From contig OX597826.1 of NCBI GenBank assembly GCA_951406725.2, positions 26,102,001 to 26,166,000 on the forward strand: DNA of 64,000 bases, written 5' to 3'. The stretch is from Octopus vulgaris (lineage: Eukaryota). The notes under the pieces are model-generated. The model did no database searches, was not told the origin of the DNA, and worked only from the letters and a program-made list of their open reading frames with translations. This document shows, in pieces, positions 1-20,347 of this stretch (position 1 is the first letter of the stretch; each line of letters starts with the position of its first letter). The translations under genes and the position numbers were made by a program.

Positions 1-660
1 CGGAATTTCAGTGCCACCGACATGTCCAAGATGCGGATTGGACGATGAAACCGTCCAGCACGCTTTTGTACACTGTCGGCAGTTGTCAGACTTGATAAGT
101 TACGCAGAACACGTGTTATCGCATCTGGGACGAGTACAGCTGTCGGCTGAGTCTATGATTAAGATGATACCGCCAACTGGACTCTCGAAGGAAGGTGAGG
201 CATGTTTTCACTGCACGGTTGCCGTAATAAAAGAATGCATGTGGCGTACAAGAACGGAAGGAGTCGCAATAGGATCCTTGCTCACTTACTTCCATATATC
301 ATCTGAAGAGCAAAATGGGGCTGGAAAAGAAGACCTTACCACGAGGTGTGTATGAAAAAAGATGGAAGGAAGTGGCGAAAAAGGTGGGTGTCAGAAACCC
401 AGTTTAACTATGGATGGAGAAGAGGAAAGGAAAGCTGTGGGGCCTTATAGGTTGCCGGGGTTTAAAATATATCGGTAAGATTTCAATCTAATGTAATGTT
501 ATATTAGTCAATGCAAAGGACAATTTAAATACAGTTTTTTGTATAATGAATAATCCATCTTTTTTGGAAATTTTCAAACGAACCACTTAACTGTTTTTTG
601 TATGTATGTCCTGTATTGTTCTTCTAAGTACTGATTTTATAATCATAATAAAGAATTAAT
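1..660 (+). mobile_element. 3' end of an L1/Tx1-clade LINE (decayed)
   Basis: ORF 11-355 has the ORF2 C-terminal zinc knuckle CPRCGLDDETVQHAFVHC, followed by a frameshift and an AT-rich 3'UTR. Confidence 0.7.
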
Positions 661-678
661 CGAAAACCGGTGATTGCC

Positions 679-721
679 GTACGCTGAAGATAGGCAAATA
701 CCTAGAAACTGCAGATCGTGC
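679..721 (+). ncRNA. Degenerate minimal hammerhead ribozyme motif in a Penelope-derived repeat
   Basis: gtacg-CTGAAGA-TAGG(caaata)CCTA-GAAA-CTGCAG-AT-cgtgc. The cleavage triplet is mutated (GAT rather than NUH). Downstream sequence (745-865) matches 16140-16265. Confidence 0.5.
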
Positions 722-926
722 TTATCACTTTGGTTGACGAGAGAGGGATGACCTCCCTTTGCAAATACCATAAGTGCACAGAAAGTGTGCCTAACGCCAG
801 CTGGAGACGATGATCTCCTGGGGCTACAAGCTACAGTAACACCCACCCTTAGTGGTTAGCCATATTGTGATGGCTAGTATACCCTACATTGTCGTGCAGT
901 TACTGTTTACATCTCGTTCAGAGATT

Positions 927-995
<69 letters not shown>

Positions 996-1340
996 ATTTT
1001 CTTGACTCCAAAGAGTCAAAACTTGTACTTGAATCATGCTTCATGTTATCGAACTCGAAAAGACGGAAAGCAAAATTGACTTCAGCGTTATTTGAACTCA
1101 TGATATTAAGAAACACACCGTGAAGATATGCTGTAAACCAAAGTGTTTTGTTTTTCGGATCGTTATGGTAAGTTTTCAAGTAGTTACTTCTTGAGGAAAT
1201 ATCATATCTAATCATTAATTAGTAACCTATCCTAAACTTGAATACAATAAACTGTTTGTTTTGACGTTCACTTCCTTATTACTTTCTTTTAATTGGCTCA
1301 TCTTAGAAACAACAACTTATATCCTGATCATGGTGAATCT

Positions 1341-1348
1341 TATAAATA
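1341..1348 (+). promoter_or_regulatory. Putative TATA box of paralogue 1
   Basis: TATAAATA 129 nt upstream of the ATG, at an equivalent position to the motifs in paralogues 3 and 4. The upstream region (~1180-1470) aligns with 44100-44380. Confidence 0.55.
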
Positions 1349-1469
1349 CAGAAAATTCCGTCGGGTTGTTGTCAATTCACTTCCATTTTGCCGTAATTTC
1401 TTTCTCATTAGCGAACGATCTCGTGTCGAATTTTGAGCAGAGAAGAAAAAAATTAAGACCAACGCCATA

Positions 1470-11012
<9,543 letters not shown>

Positions 11013-11250
11013 AAGCAAAGTGTTCTTAAATAAAATGAGTAATAGTACTTTCATTCGTTTATAATCAGTTAAAAATAAAAATTAATATCACATTGTTGAT
11101 TAAATAGTGTAGCATATTGAGAGCTAGAAAAGTAATCAAATATATTGGTTATCAATTATATTGATTAAACAGTAAAGTATATTCATAGGTAGGAATAGAG
11201 AAACAAATCGATCATAAAATCACAAGAATATAAGAAACCATTTTTTGCTC

Positions 11251-11256
11251 AATAAA
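11251..11256 (+). terminator. Putative polyadenylation signal of paralogue 1
   Basis: AATAAATATTT followed by a GT/T-rich tract. The same motif occurs in all copies (21050, 38286, 57198). Confidence 0.55.
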
Positions 11257-11913
11257 TATTTGATTGATGTATGTTTTGTTTTGTTGTTCGCTTGATTTTC
11301 TTTTCATTTCATTTTACAATTTATCATCTTTCAAAAGCCTTCCTCATGGCGCGCCAAACTACCGGAAATATTTCTGCAGTAAATTTTGCCGGTTAGAGAA
11401 CATAGCTATTTAAATTTAAATTCAAAATCGTAAGGGTGGAAAATTGAATATTAATTTGATTAATATCAATTTAACACCAGTGGTCTAGCATATTTAAAAA
11501 ATCTGAAGTTGTAATTAATTTTGCATCTTTTCATTTGTCTTGCTCGCTTACGATTTAGCGTTTCATTTCGTTTGCTTAATTTTTTTGAGAACATTCCCTT
11601 CTTAGCGGTAAGGCCATAGCGGATCTTCTTCTAGCATAATGGATGTCCACTTACAGATCATCCCTTTTATATGTATGTAATATAATGCTTTCTGATAGAC
11701 GATATAAGGAAAAGAACGACTGGTCATTCGGATTTTCCTATCTTCTGGTGACGTCTAATTTGGTGTCCCTTTTTTGTATCACCTAACAGTCAGGATGTTT
11801 TGCGCTTTTGTCCTATTTTTGTCTTTTTTATATATAAAATGTAGCGGCGTACGTACACTTTGGTCTCTTTCTCTCTCTCTCTCTTTCCCTCTCTCTGTCT
11901 CTCACACACACTC

Positions 11914-11963
<50 letters not shown>

Positions 11964-12084
11964 AGCTTAGAGAAGAAGAAGAAACGAAACCAAACCAAAC
12001 GAATCGAATATATATATATATACTAGCTGAAGGTGACCCGCTCTACGCGCGGGTAAGAGTGTGGTTGTTACTTTCTGTTGCTTC

Positions 12085-12382
12085 CTTTCAGCACGTAAAA
12101 AGCACCATCCGAACGTGGCGGATTGCAGCGCCGCCTTGACTGGCTTCTGTGCTGGTGGCACGTAAAAAGCACCAACCGATCGTGGCCGCTGCCAGCCCCC
12201 TGGCACCTGTGCAGGCGGCACGAAAAAAGCACCCACTACGCTCACAGAGTGGTTGGCGTTAGGAAGGGCATCCACCTGTCGAAACACTGCCAGATCAGAC
12301 TGGAGCCTGGTGCAGCCTCCTGGCTTCCCAGACCCCTGTCAAACTGTCCAACCCGTGCTAGCACGGAAAACGGACGTTAAAC

Positions 12383-12420
<38 letters not shown>
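12085..12420 (+). mobile_element. SINE-like retroposon with (GAT)n tail
   Basis: Repeated gcacgtaaaaagcacc modules, a gagtggttggcgttaggaagggcatcc core and a ttaaacgatgatgat tail. A related inverted fragment lies at ~2790-2945. Confidence 0.7.
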
Positions 12421-12422
<2 letters not shown>

Positions 12423-13103
12423 CTCCCTCTTTGTTTCTTTCTCCTTTCTCTCTCACTTTCCCACTCTCTTACTCTTCCTTTCTCTCGGACTCTCCCTCGC
12501 TTTCTCTTACTCTCTATCTTTATGTATCTCTCTCCCATTTATAAACAACAAAAGATCTTGAGTAAGTTGAGAAATAAAATATTTAGAAAGATCAATCATA
12601 AATATCAGGCAGTTACAAAGGAAAGGGCTACTTCAAGACAGACAGCAAAACACTAACATTTAAAAGGGACAGACGAACTTGCGAGCTGAATAAAAATAAT
12701 AAAATATTGGAAACCAAAGTTTGAAGGGATAGAATTTGAGGATAGTAGAGTCACCATGGCTGGCATTTCTTAACGACGGACAGCAACGTATTGACAGTTC
12801 AACGGCTGGCGTAAAAGTTTGAACTTGATGTAAAAGAAAATCCCTAAAAACCAAGTTTTGACTTGATTCTTTCTCACGACAGTAGACTCACGATGGCAAG
12901 CATTCATCATGGACGGCAACACATTGACGATTAAAAGGCTGGAGCAAATTTTTTAGCTTGATGTAACAGAGAATTGCTAAACACCCGCTCCTTTAAATTT
13001 TAATCCCCTTCCAGCCCCATTTATACCCCTTTTCACCTTTTGGTTAATATAACCCGATTTAATTTGGGTCTACTGGGGCCACATTTTATAAGATGAGGAC
13101 ACA

Positions 13104-13296
13104 ACCAAGTTTCCCAAGTTCTGGTCATAGACCATAGAACAGTCAAGCAAGTTTCCCGAGTTCTGGTCATAGACCATAGAACACTCAACCAAGTTTCCCG
13201 AGTTCTGGTCATAGACCATAGAACACTCAACCAAGTTTCCCGAGTTCTGGTCATAGACCATAGAACACTAAACTAAGTTTCCCGAGTTCTGGTCAT
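13104..13296. repeat. 42-bp tandem minisatellite, ~4.5 copies
   Basis: Unit caagtttcccgagttctggtcatagaccatagaacactcaac repeated head to tail without spacers. Confidence 0.9.
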
Positions 13297-13664
13297 TTGG
13301 AGAATAAATAGAGACGGCGGAGGTGGCAGACGTCGTTGCAATGTAAACATGATTTGTTATAAGAGAAAGATTGCCCAGATTGTGTGTTGGTGGTGGCGAT
13401 GATAATTATCATTAGGAAAAAGAGTGAGTGAGTGAGGAAGACATACATAAGTTGTGGCGATGATAATTGTAGACCCCTTTTCACATTTTGATGAAGAGAA
13501 CCCGATTTCATTCGGGTGTACTGGGGCTACATATAGGTGTGTGCGTGTGTGTGTGTGTGTGCACGCTGTAGAAATTAAATTAGAGATAAAACCACTAATA
13601 GGGAAATGAAACAGTAAAAAACCAAAAACAAAAACAAAAATAAAAATATAATATTAGATATATG

Positions 13665-13706
<42 letters not shown>

Positions 13707-14136
13707 GACAGGTAGACAATAGAATGCGATGGCGATGGGGATGGCGAGTAATATTTGTTACTGTCCATGAACGCTGAGAGATACATGAGTAAAATGTATA
13801 GGAAGGTAAGAGATAGAGTGAGTGAAAATGTTCTTGGAAGAGAGTAAATAGCTACAGAATGATTTGAGGAAGACTTTACATTAAATAACGGTAGTTGCAT
13901 TGTCAAATGAAGAGGAGTGACAGAGTACTGGAGGAAATAGGGTGAGGTAGGAAGATGGCCCCTAGCAACCACACCTTTTAAGATAGGGATTTCTAAGGTA
14001 GCCCACGCGCATCGTCACCTCATTCTACATGTCCCTGTAAATTTTGGAGCGAATCGGACGGGATGTAGTGGCATTGAAAGCGAACCAAGCGGTAAAAACG
14101 CAATTCAGTTTTATATATAGATATATATATATATAT

Positions 14137-14446
14137 CTGTAATATGATAAGTGACAATAATTCGGTAGCCATAATAAAACTCCGAGTTTCGGATGTCGGG
14201 GCGGAATCCCACGCCGCCGTCTCTTCAGTTATCCGGCCATCGAAAAAATGCTATGAAAATGAGCGTTAAACAAAGGGAAATTACTGTGTGATAGACCGTT
14301 ATTAAGACATGACAGGTAAATGAGGGGAAGGGGTAAAGGTAAGGGAGTAAAAAAGTTCATAGAAGGCGGCGTGTGTTTCCGACATCCGAAACACGGAGTT
14401 TTATCATGGCTATCGAATAATTAGTCACGTATTATATTTACAGATA
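14137..14446. mobile_element. Fold-back Penelope-derived element with a hammerhead-like motif (14174-14232, minus strand)
   Basis: 14137-14220 is an inverted match to 14362-14446. The minus strand reads ataa-CTGAAGA-...-GAAA-CTCGGAG-TT-ttat. Confidence 0.55.
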
Positions 14447-14539
14447 AATTCCTCCATTTACATAGTATCAATGTCTCTTTCATTCTTTTGTTGTCTTACC
14501 ATTTCTACCAATATATATATTTCTATTAATATATATATA

Positions 14540-14943
14540 GGCGTAGGAGTGGCTGTGTGGTAAGTAGCGTGCTAACCAGCCACATGGTTCCGGGTTCAGT
14601 CCCACTGCGTGGCATCTTGGGCAAGTGTCTTCTGCTATAGTCCCGGGACGACCAATGCCTTGTGAGTGGATTTGGTAGACGGAAACGGAAAGAAGCACGT
14701 CGTATATATGTATATATGTATATGTGTGTGTGTTTGTGTGTCTGTGTTTGTCCCCCTAGCATTGCTTGACAACCGATGCTGGTGTGTTTACGTCCCCGTT
14801 ACTTAGCGGTTCGGCAAAAGAGACCGATAGAATAAGTACTGGGCTTACAAAGAATATGTCCCGGGGTCGATTTACTCGACTAAAGGCGGTGCTCCAGCAT
14901 GGCCGCAGTCAAATGACTGAAACAAGTAAAAGAGTAAAAGAGA
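14540..14943 (+). mobile_element. Octopus-type tRNA-derived SINE, full length
   Basis: ggcgtaggagtggctgtgtggtaag head with a B-box-like gggttcagtccc, internal microsatellite and agtaaaag tail. Confidence 0.88.
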
Positions 14944-14949
14944 GAGAGA

Positions 14950-15007
<58 letters not shown>

Positions 15008-15146
15008 CTGTGTGTGTGTGTATGTGTATACATGTTGCATCAAAATTAGATTTAATAGAAAATAGGATTCATTTCATTCTTTCTCTCTTATTGGACCTCT
15101 CAAAAATTTTAAATTGTTTTTTTTTTTGAACTTATTTCCCTCCACT

Positions 15147-15225
<79 letters not shown>

Positions 15226-15499
15226 ATCCAAACATGAACAAAGAGGAAACACAACAACACGAGGACGTGGAACAAGTATAGTGTTATTGGACGCTCAGGA
15301 AATGAAAGAAAGAAAGAAGGAGGATTTAACGTTTTGAGCGGAGCTCTTCGTTAGAAACATAGAAAATGGAAAGGTCCAAGGAAGGGAAGACGGAGAAAGA
15401 AAATCGCAACGATGCACCCGCTGTCACATATATATACACGCACACACCCATACATATACGTTTGTGTGCATGTATATATATATATATATATATATATAG

Positions 15500-16284
15500 G
15501 CATAATTAAATCTCAGAATGAGATTGAAACAGTAATCGCTCGATAATGTAAAGTATAGAAGCCATCTTATCATGGCTAACCACATTGGTGAGGGGGTTGT
15601 TACTGTAGCTTTATAGCCCCAAGAGATCTTCGTCTCTAGCTGGCTCTAAACACAATATCTGTGTCTTTGGAGTATTTGCAAAGGGAGGCCATCCCTTCCT
15701 CGCAAGCCTGAGTGATACGCTCGAACTAGTTTCGGGATGGTTGTCCCTCGTCAACGGGCGGTAACCACCAGGTAGCGATGAAAATGAAGGCTCCTTTGCA
15801 AATAGATATAAGTTTTTCTAATGGCGTCTGCCACTGATGTCGAAAAACGAACAGTAAGCATAATTAAATCTCAGAATGAGATTGAAACAGTAATCGCTCG
15901 ATAATGTAAAGTATAGAAGCCATCTTATCATGGCTAACCACATTGGGGAGGGGGTTGTTACTGTAGCTTTATAGCCCCAAGAGATCTTCGTCTCTAGCTG
16001 GCTCTAAACACAATATCTGTGTCTTTGGAGTATTTGCAAAGGAGCCTTCACTTTCATCGCTACCTGGTGGTTACCGCCCGTTGACGAGGGACAACCATCC
16101 CGAAACTAGTTCGAGCGTATCATTCAGGCTTGCGAAGAAGGGATGGCCTCCCTTTGCAAATACTCCAAAGACACAGATATTGTGTTTAGAGCCAGCTAGA
16201 GACGAAGATCTCTTGGGGCTATAAAGCTACAGTAACAACCCCCTCCTCAATGTGGTTAGCCATGATAAGATGGCTTCTATACTT

Positions 16285-16290
<6 letters not shown>
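15500..16290. mobile_element. Penelope-type element with direct (15500-15683 / 15858-16042) and inverted (15547-15800 / 16035-16289) repeats
   Basis: The direct-plus-inverted pseudo-LTR arrangement is typical of PLE insertions. Flanked by (TA)n on both sides. Confidence 0.65.
16075..16117 (+). ncRNA. Minimal type-I hammerhead ribozyme motif (mirror copy at 15718-15760, minus strand)
   Basis: cgcccg-TTGACGA-GGGA(caacca)TCCC-GAAA-CTAG-TT-cgagcg. Confidence 0.65.
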
Positions 16291-16339
<49 letters not shown>

Positions 16340-16883
16340 AGATAAATAGATACAAACATAGATACATAGATACGTTGAGTAGTATATATATCTATAGCAT
16401 TGCAAATGATTGTTGCATTTCAGTTATATGCGACTACCCGTAACTAATTAATTTATTTCACTTTATTATATTTGCAGATGAAATCGATGCTGCAGCAACT
16501 CTCTTGAAAGAAATTATAGAAGAGCATCAAGCTGATGGAACAACCGAAAATGCTGTTTTAAATATCGATCCACAAGATGAAAAATTGAACATTGATGTAT
16601 TCAAAACTGGTGATGATTTGAAGACTAAGGGGAAATTGATGTGCCGTTTGACCTCTTCCTTAGGAATCTGCAAACTATCATCTTCTTTAATTCCACTTTG
16701 TATGAATTATTTTCTGAATATTAAGATTATCTTCCGAATATTAAAATGATGTTTGTTGTGGAAAGCACGTCACAAATAGGAGGTGGTAAGGACTTTTTAT
16801 GGATAACAGAACTTCAAATTAGTATCCTCTTTAAAAAAAAGTAAAAAACAAAGAGAAAGAGATAGAGAGCGTAAGAGAGAACA

Positions 16884-17039
16884 GGCGCAGGCGTGGCTGT
16901 CACGTAAGTAACTTGCTTCTCATGGTTCTAGTTTCAACCCGACTGCGTGACACCTTGGGCAAGTGTCTTCTGTTATAATCTGCGGCTGATCAAAGCCTTG
17001 TGAGTGGATTTGGTAGACGGAAATTGAAAGAAGCTCGTC

Positions 17040-17111
<72 letters not shown>

Positions 17112-17295
17112 GTGCGCATGTGTGTGTATGTGTGTTGTTTTGTGTGTGCGTTTGTCTCCCCAACATCGCTTGACAACCGATGTTGGTGTGTTTACGTCCC
17201 CGTAACGTAGCGGTTCGGTAAACGAGGCCGATAGAATAAGTACTAGGCTTACAAAGAATAACTCAAGATGTAGGACAAATGGCGGTGCCCCAGCA
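16884..17295 (+). mobile_element. tRNA-derived SINE in intron 2 of paralogue 2
   Basis: Matches the 14540 family; the 3' end is decayed. Confidence 0.8.
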
Positions 17296-18196
17296 TATTT
17301 TGCATCTGAACCTGCAAATATGTATTATGAATAAATATACTAATAATCACAAATATATTAATTCTATTTTTATTTTTTAGTAACTGTTCGTCTGAATATT
17401 AAGCCACATGGATTGGATGTTTATGTGCAAGATAGAAATCATAAACTTCCAGCCGTACATATGGGTGAGTAATCTCTTTTGCTTTTGTCAATATCGTATA
17501 GTGTTTTGGGAGGGTCATTTTGCTAGTAAGAAATACACGAATTGGTTGTTTCACTTCATTTTATTATTTGTCAACGAAGTGGTGGTGAGCTGGCGGAATC
17601 ATTGGCACACCGGGAAAACTTCACAGCGGCGTATCTTCCATCCAGTATTACATTCTGACTCCATATGCCACAGAGGTGGACTTTGCCATTCACCCTTCCG
17701 TGTTCATAAAATAATAAAATAAGTAGTGGTTGAGTACTGAGAGCTATGTGATCGACTAGCCCCTATCCCAAACTTTCAGGCCTGGCGCCTACTGTAGAAA
17801 GAAATTATTATTTGTCAACGAACCAATTGGTTGATTAAATGATCAATTGATTAACTAATCGGTCAATTAATCAATCGAATGATTTCGTCACAATTCGGAA
17901 CGAAAGAACTATGGCAAAAAAAACCCTCAAAAAAATGATCGATTCATCTATCGATTGAACTACAAACACGAGCAATGGATTAATTGATTGTTTAACTAAT
18001 TGACAACTAATAATGAATAGAAATCACATGAATCTCTGATTAACAGTTTGTGAAGTATTTTTCGGCTTTAATAAAACAGCATTTTCTCTATCTTTGATAT
18101 TCGAGCACTAATTTTTATACCTTGTTTTGCACCTCCGTGTGTACCCTGTATATACATACATACATACATACATACATACATACATACATACATACA

Positions 18197-18227
<31 letters not shown>

Positions 18228-18313
18228 GTGATCCACTAGCATGTAGCGACTAATGTGTAAGCAATAGGCACATACTGGATTGGTCTCTCGTGTTTGTATA
18301 TTTAATCTTGGCG

Positions 18314-18386
18314 TACCTGTTGAAGAAGACTTCGCCTAGCAAATTATTTTATTTGCTAAAATAAGTCAGAAACCATGGTCCAGGTA
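18314..18386 (+). ncRNA. Type-I hammerhead ribozyme motif
   Basis: tacctg-TTGAAGA-a-GACTT...(hairpin tagcaaat/atttgcta)...AAGTC-a-GAAA-CCATGG-TC-caggta: 6-bp stem I, palindromic stem III, GUC site. Confidence 0.7.
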
Positions 18387-18511
18387 AATGTTTTTATTTT
18401 TCCTTCCCTTCGAGAATTTATCCCTAATTAGCGGTTTTGGACTTTAGCTGTTCTTTCTAGCATAAGGGATTCCTATTATGGAAACCTCTTAACGTGTTTA
18501 AATGCAAACTG

Positions 18512-18575
<64 letters not shown>

Positions 18576-18582
18576 ATATGTA

Positions 18583-18638
<56 letters not shown>

Positions 18639-18644
<6 letters not shown>

Positions 18645-19711
18645 TAAAAAATGGAGTTAACGCAGGTTTAAACAAGTATTTTTACTTTCTACATATGTTT
18701 CGAAAATTCCACTGATACTATTCAAATGAATAAAAGGTATAAACAATGCAATCTTCTCTTCGGGAAAGTGAAAAAACGAAACTCGTCAATACGACATTTT
18801 AGCAAGGTTATTGTATCTGAAGTCAATTCCAATAGAATTAAATTTATGTCAAGTAACTCTAAGATTAAAAATTCTATATACCAGTGTATAATCAGTACTC
18901 GTAATAAAGTACGATTTTACATTGGAAGCACATCGTTAGAGTTATCTAAAAGAATTTCTATCCATTACTCAACATTTAGGGATAGAAATAAACGGAATAG
19001 TACTGGTCTCAGCAAACTGATTTGGGATTTAAAAGACCACAATGAACAATTTCATTTAGAATGGTTGATCCTCTCAATTTCGATACCATATGACAAAGGC
19101 AAGAAATTCTGTCTTCTCTGCAATTCTGAGCTATTTTTCATTATTTTTTCTAAAAATACTCTAGTAAACACGGTTATAGAACGAGCATACAGATGTAAGC
19201 ATTGGCAGAAACATACTTTTAGTGCATATAAGTAGTCTCTATCATTATATATAGTTTAAACTTTAATTTCCTTTATATTTAACATTCACTATTAATATCC
19301 CTACTCTTTCTGTTAGCTACTTATGACGTTATATCACATAACGTTTTTTTAAACAATATTAATAGCGTTCTGTCTATCGCTATACGAATCCATCATTTTT
19401 TGCTAAAATGTCGTATTGACGTGTTTCGTTTTTTCACTTTCCCGAAGAGAAGATTGCATTGTTTATACCTTTTATTCATTTGAATAGTATCAGTGGAATT
19501 TTCGAAACATGTGTAGAAAGTAAAAATACTTGTTTAAACCTGCGTTAACTCCATTTTTTATTCATATTATTCAAATATTCAACGTAAACACGAAGTTTCA
19601 ACCTTTATAAACAAGGAATTACAACATCTTTACTTGTGAGATTTTTGCTGCCCTGGTAACTATTTATTTATTTTTCCGTGTTAATTGTTAACAAGGTAAA
19701 ATACACTCATC

Positions 19712-19715
<4 letters not shown>
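18639..19715 (+). mobile_element. 5'-truncated Penelope-like element (Naiad-type GIY-YIG endonuclease remnant) bracketed by inverted repeats
   Basis: ORF 18726-19235 contains IYQC...FYIGST...LSKLIWDLK...FCLLCNSE...RCKH. 18639-18805 is inverted to 19401-19566, and each arm carries a hammerhead-like motif (actttc-CCGAAGA-GAAG...TTTC-GAAA-CAT[A/G]TG-TA-gaaagt; 19436-19521). Confidence 0.8.
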
Positions 19716-19786
<71 letters not shown>

Positions 19787-19919
19787 GAAAAATTACATAT
19801 GTATTGTAATATTTTTTCCTTGAAAACTTTTTCACTGTTCTCGTTCTGTTAACGGCTAAGCGTTCAGGCGAGTACACTTGGCATTGATGTGGCAACATTT
19901 GAAATATTGTCTAGGAAAT

Positions 19920-19988
19920 TGCAGCTGATGGAGACTGATCAAATTTACGTTGACAAACATATTTGAAGAGTCAGAAACCGGTCCTGCA
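19920..19988 (+). ncRNA. Hammerhead ribozyme-like motif with variant core
   Basis: tgcag-CTGATGG-a-GACT...AGTC-a-GAAA-CCGG-TC-ctgca, inside a short repeat bounded by (TA)n. Confidence 0.6.
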
Positions 19989-20161
19989 TTATCCGATTCT
20001 GGGTTGTCAATATATCGAATGTTCTTCCTAGACGTAAGACAAATTTTTCATGTTTGTTGCACTCACACATCTTTACCAGTATATACGTAGCGAAGCTTTA
20101 CAATAGCGTCGTATTTATTTCGACTGTTATTTCCAATATTGGTGCCTTGTTGTACCACTCA

Positions 20162-20207
<46 letters not shown>

Positions 20208-20315
20208 AGCACTCTCCTGGTGCTATATGAACATTTAATGTGCTTTCATAGTCAGATTTTGGCTGCTATTTCCAGTGTGGCGGTATCTCTTACCCTAAAT
20301 TATAATTTTATATAA

Positions 20316-20347
<32 letters not shown>

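Larger units (their letters stand above)
12022..14121 (-). mobile_element. Non-autonomous Helitron-like element with a nested SINE and internal tandem repeat
   Basis: The minus strand starts TCTATATATAAAA (14121) and ends with a GC hairpin (acccgcgc...gcgggt) plus CTAG-T at 12022-12026. Confidence 0.55.

Noticed and set aside
13104-13296. Regular 42-bp repeat resembling a CRISPR array or repeat protein (MTRTRETWLSVLWS)n
   Set aside because: The units are contiguous with no unique spacers, there are no cas genes, the context is eukaryotic, and it lies inside a Helitron-like element.
14540-14610. tRNA-like sequences at SINE heads (also 23442, 46087 and 62525)
   Set aside because: They have A/B-box-like motifs but no complete cloverleaf, and they continue into SINE bodies; not called as tRNA genes.
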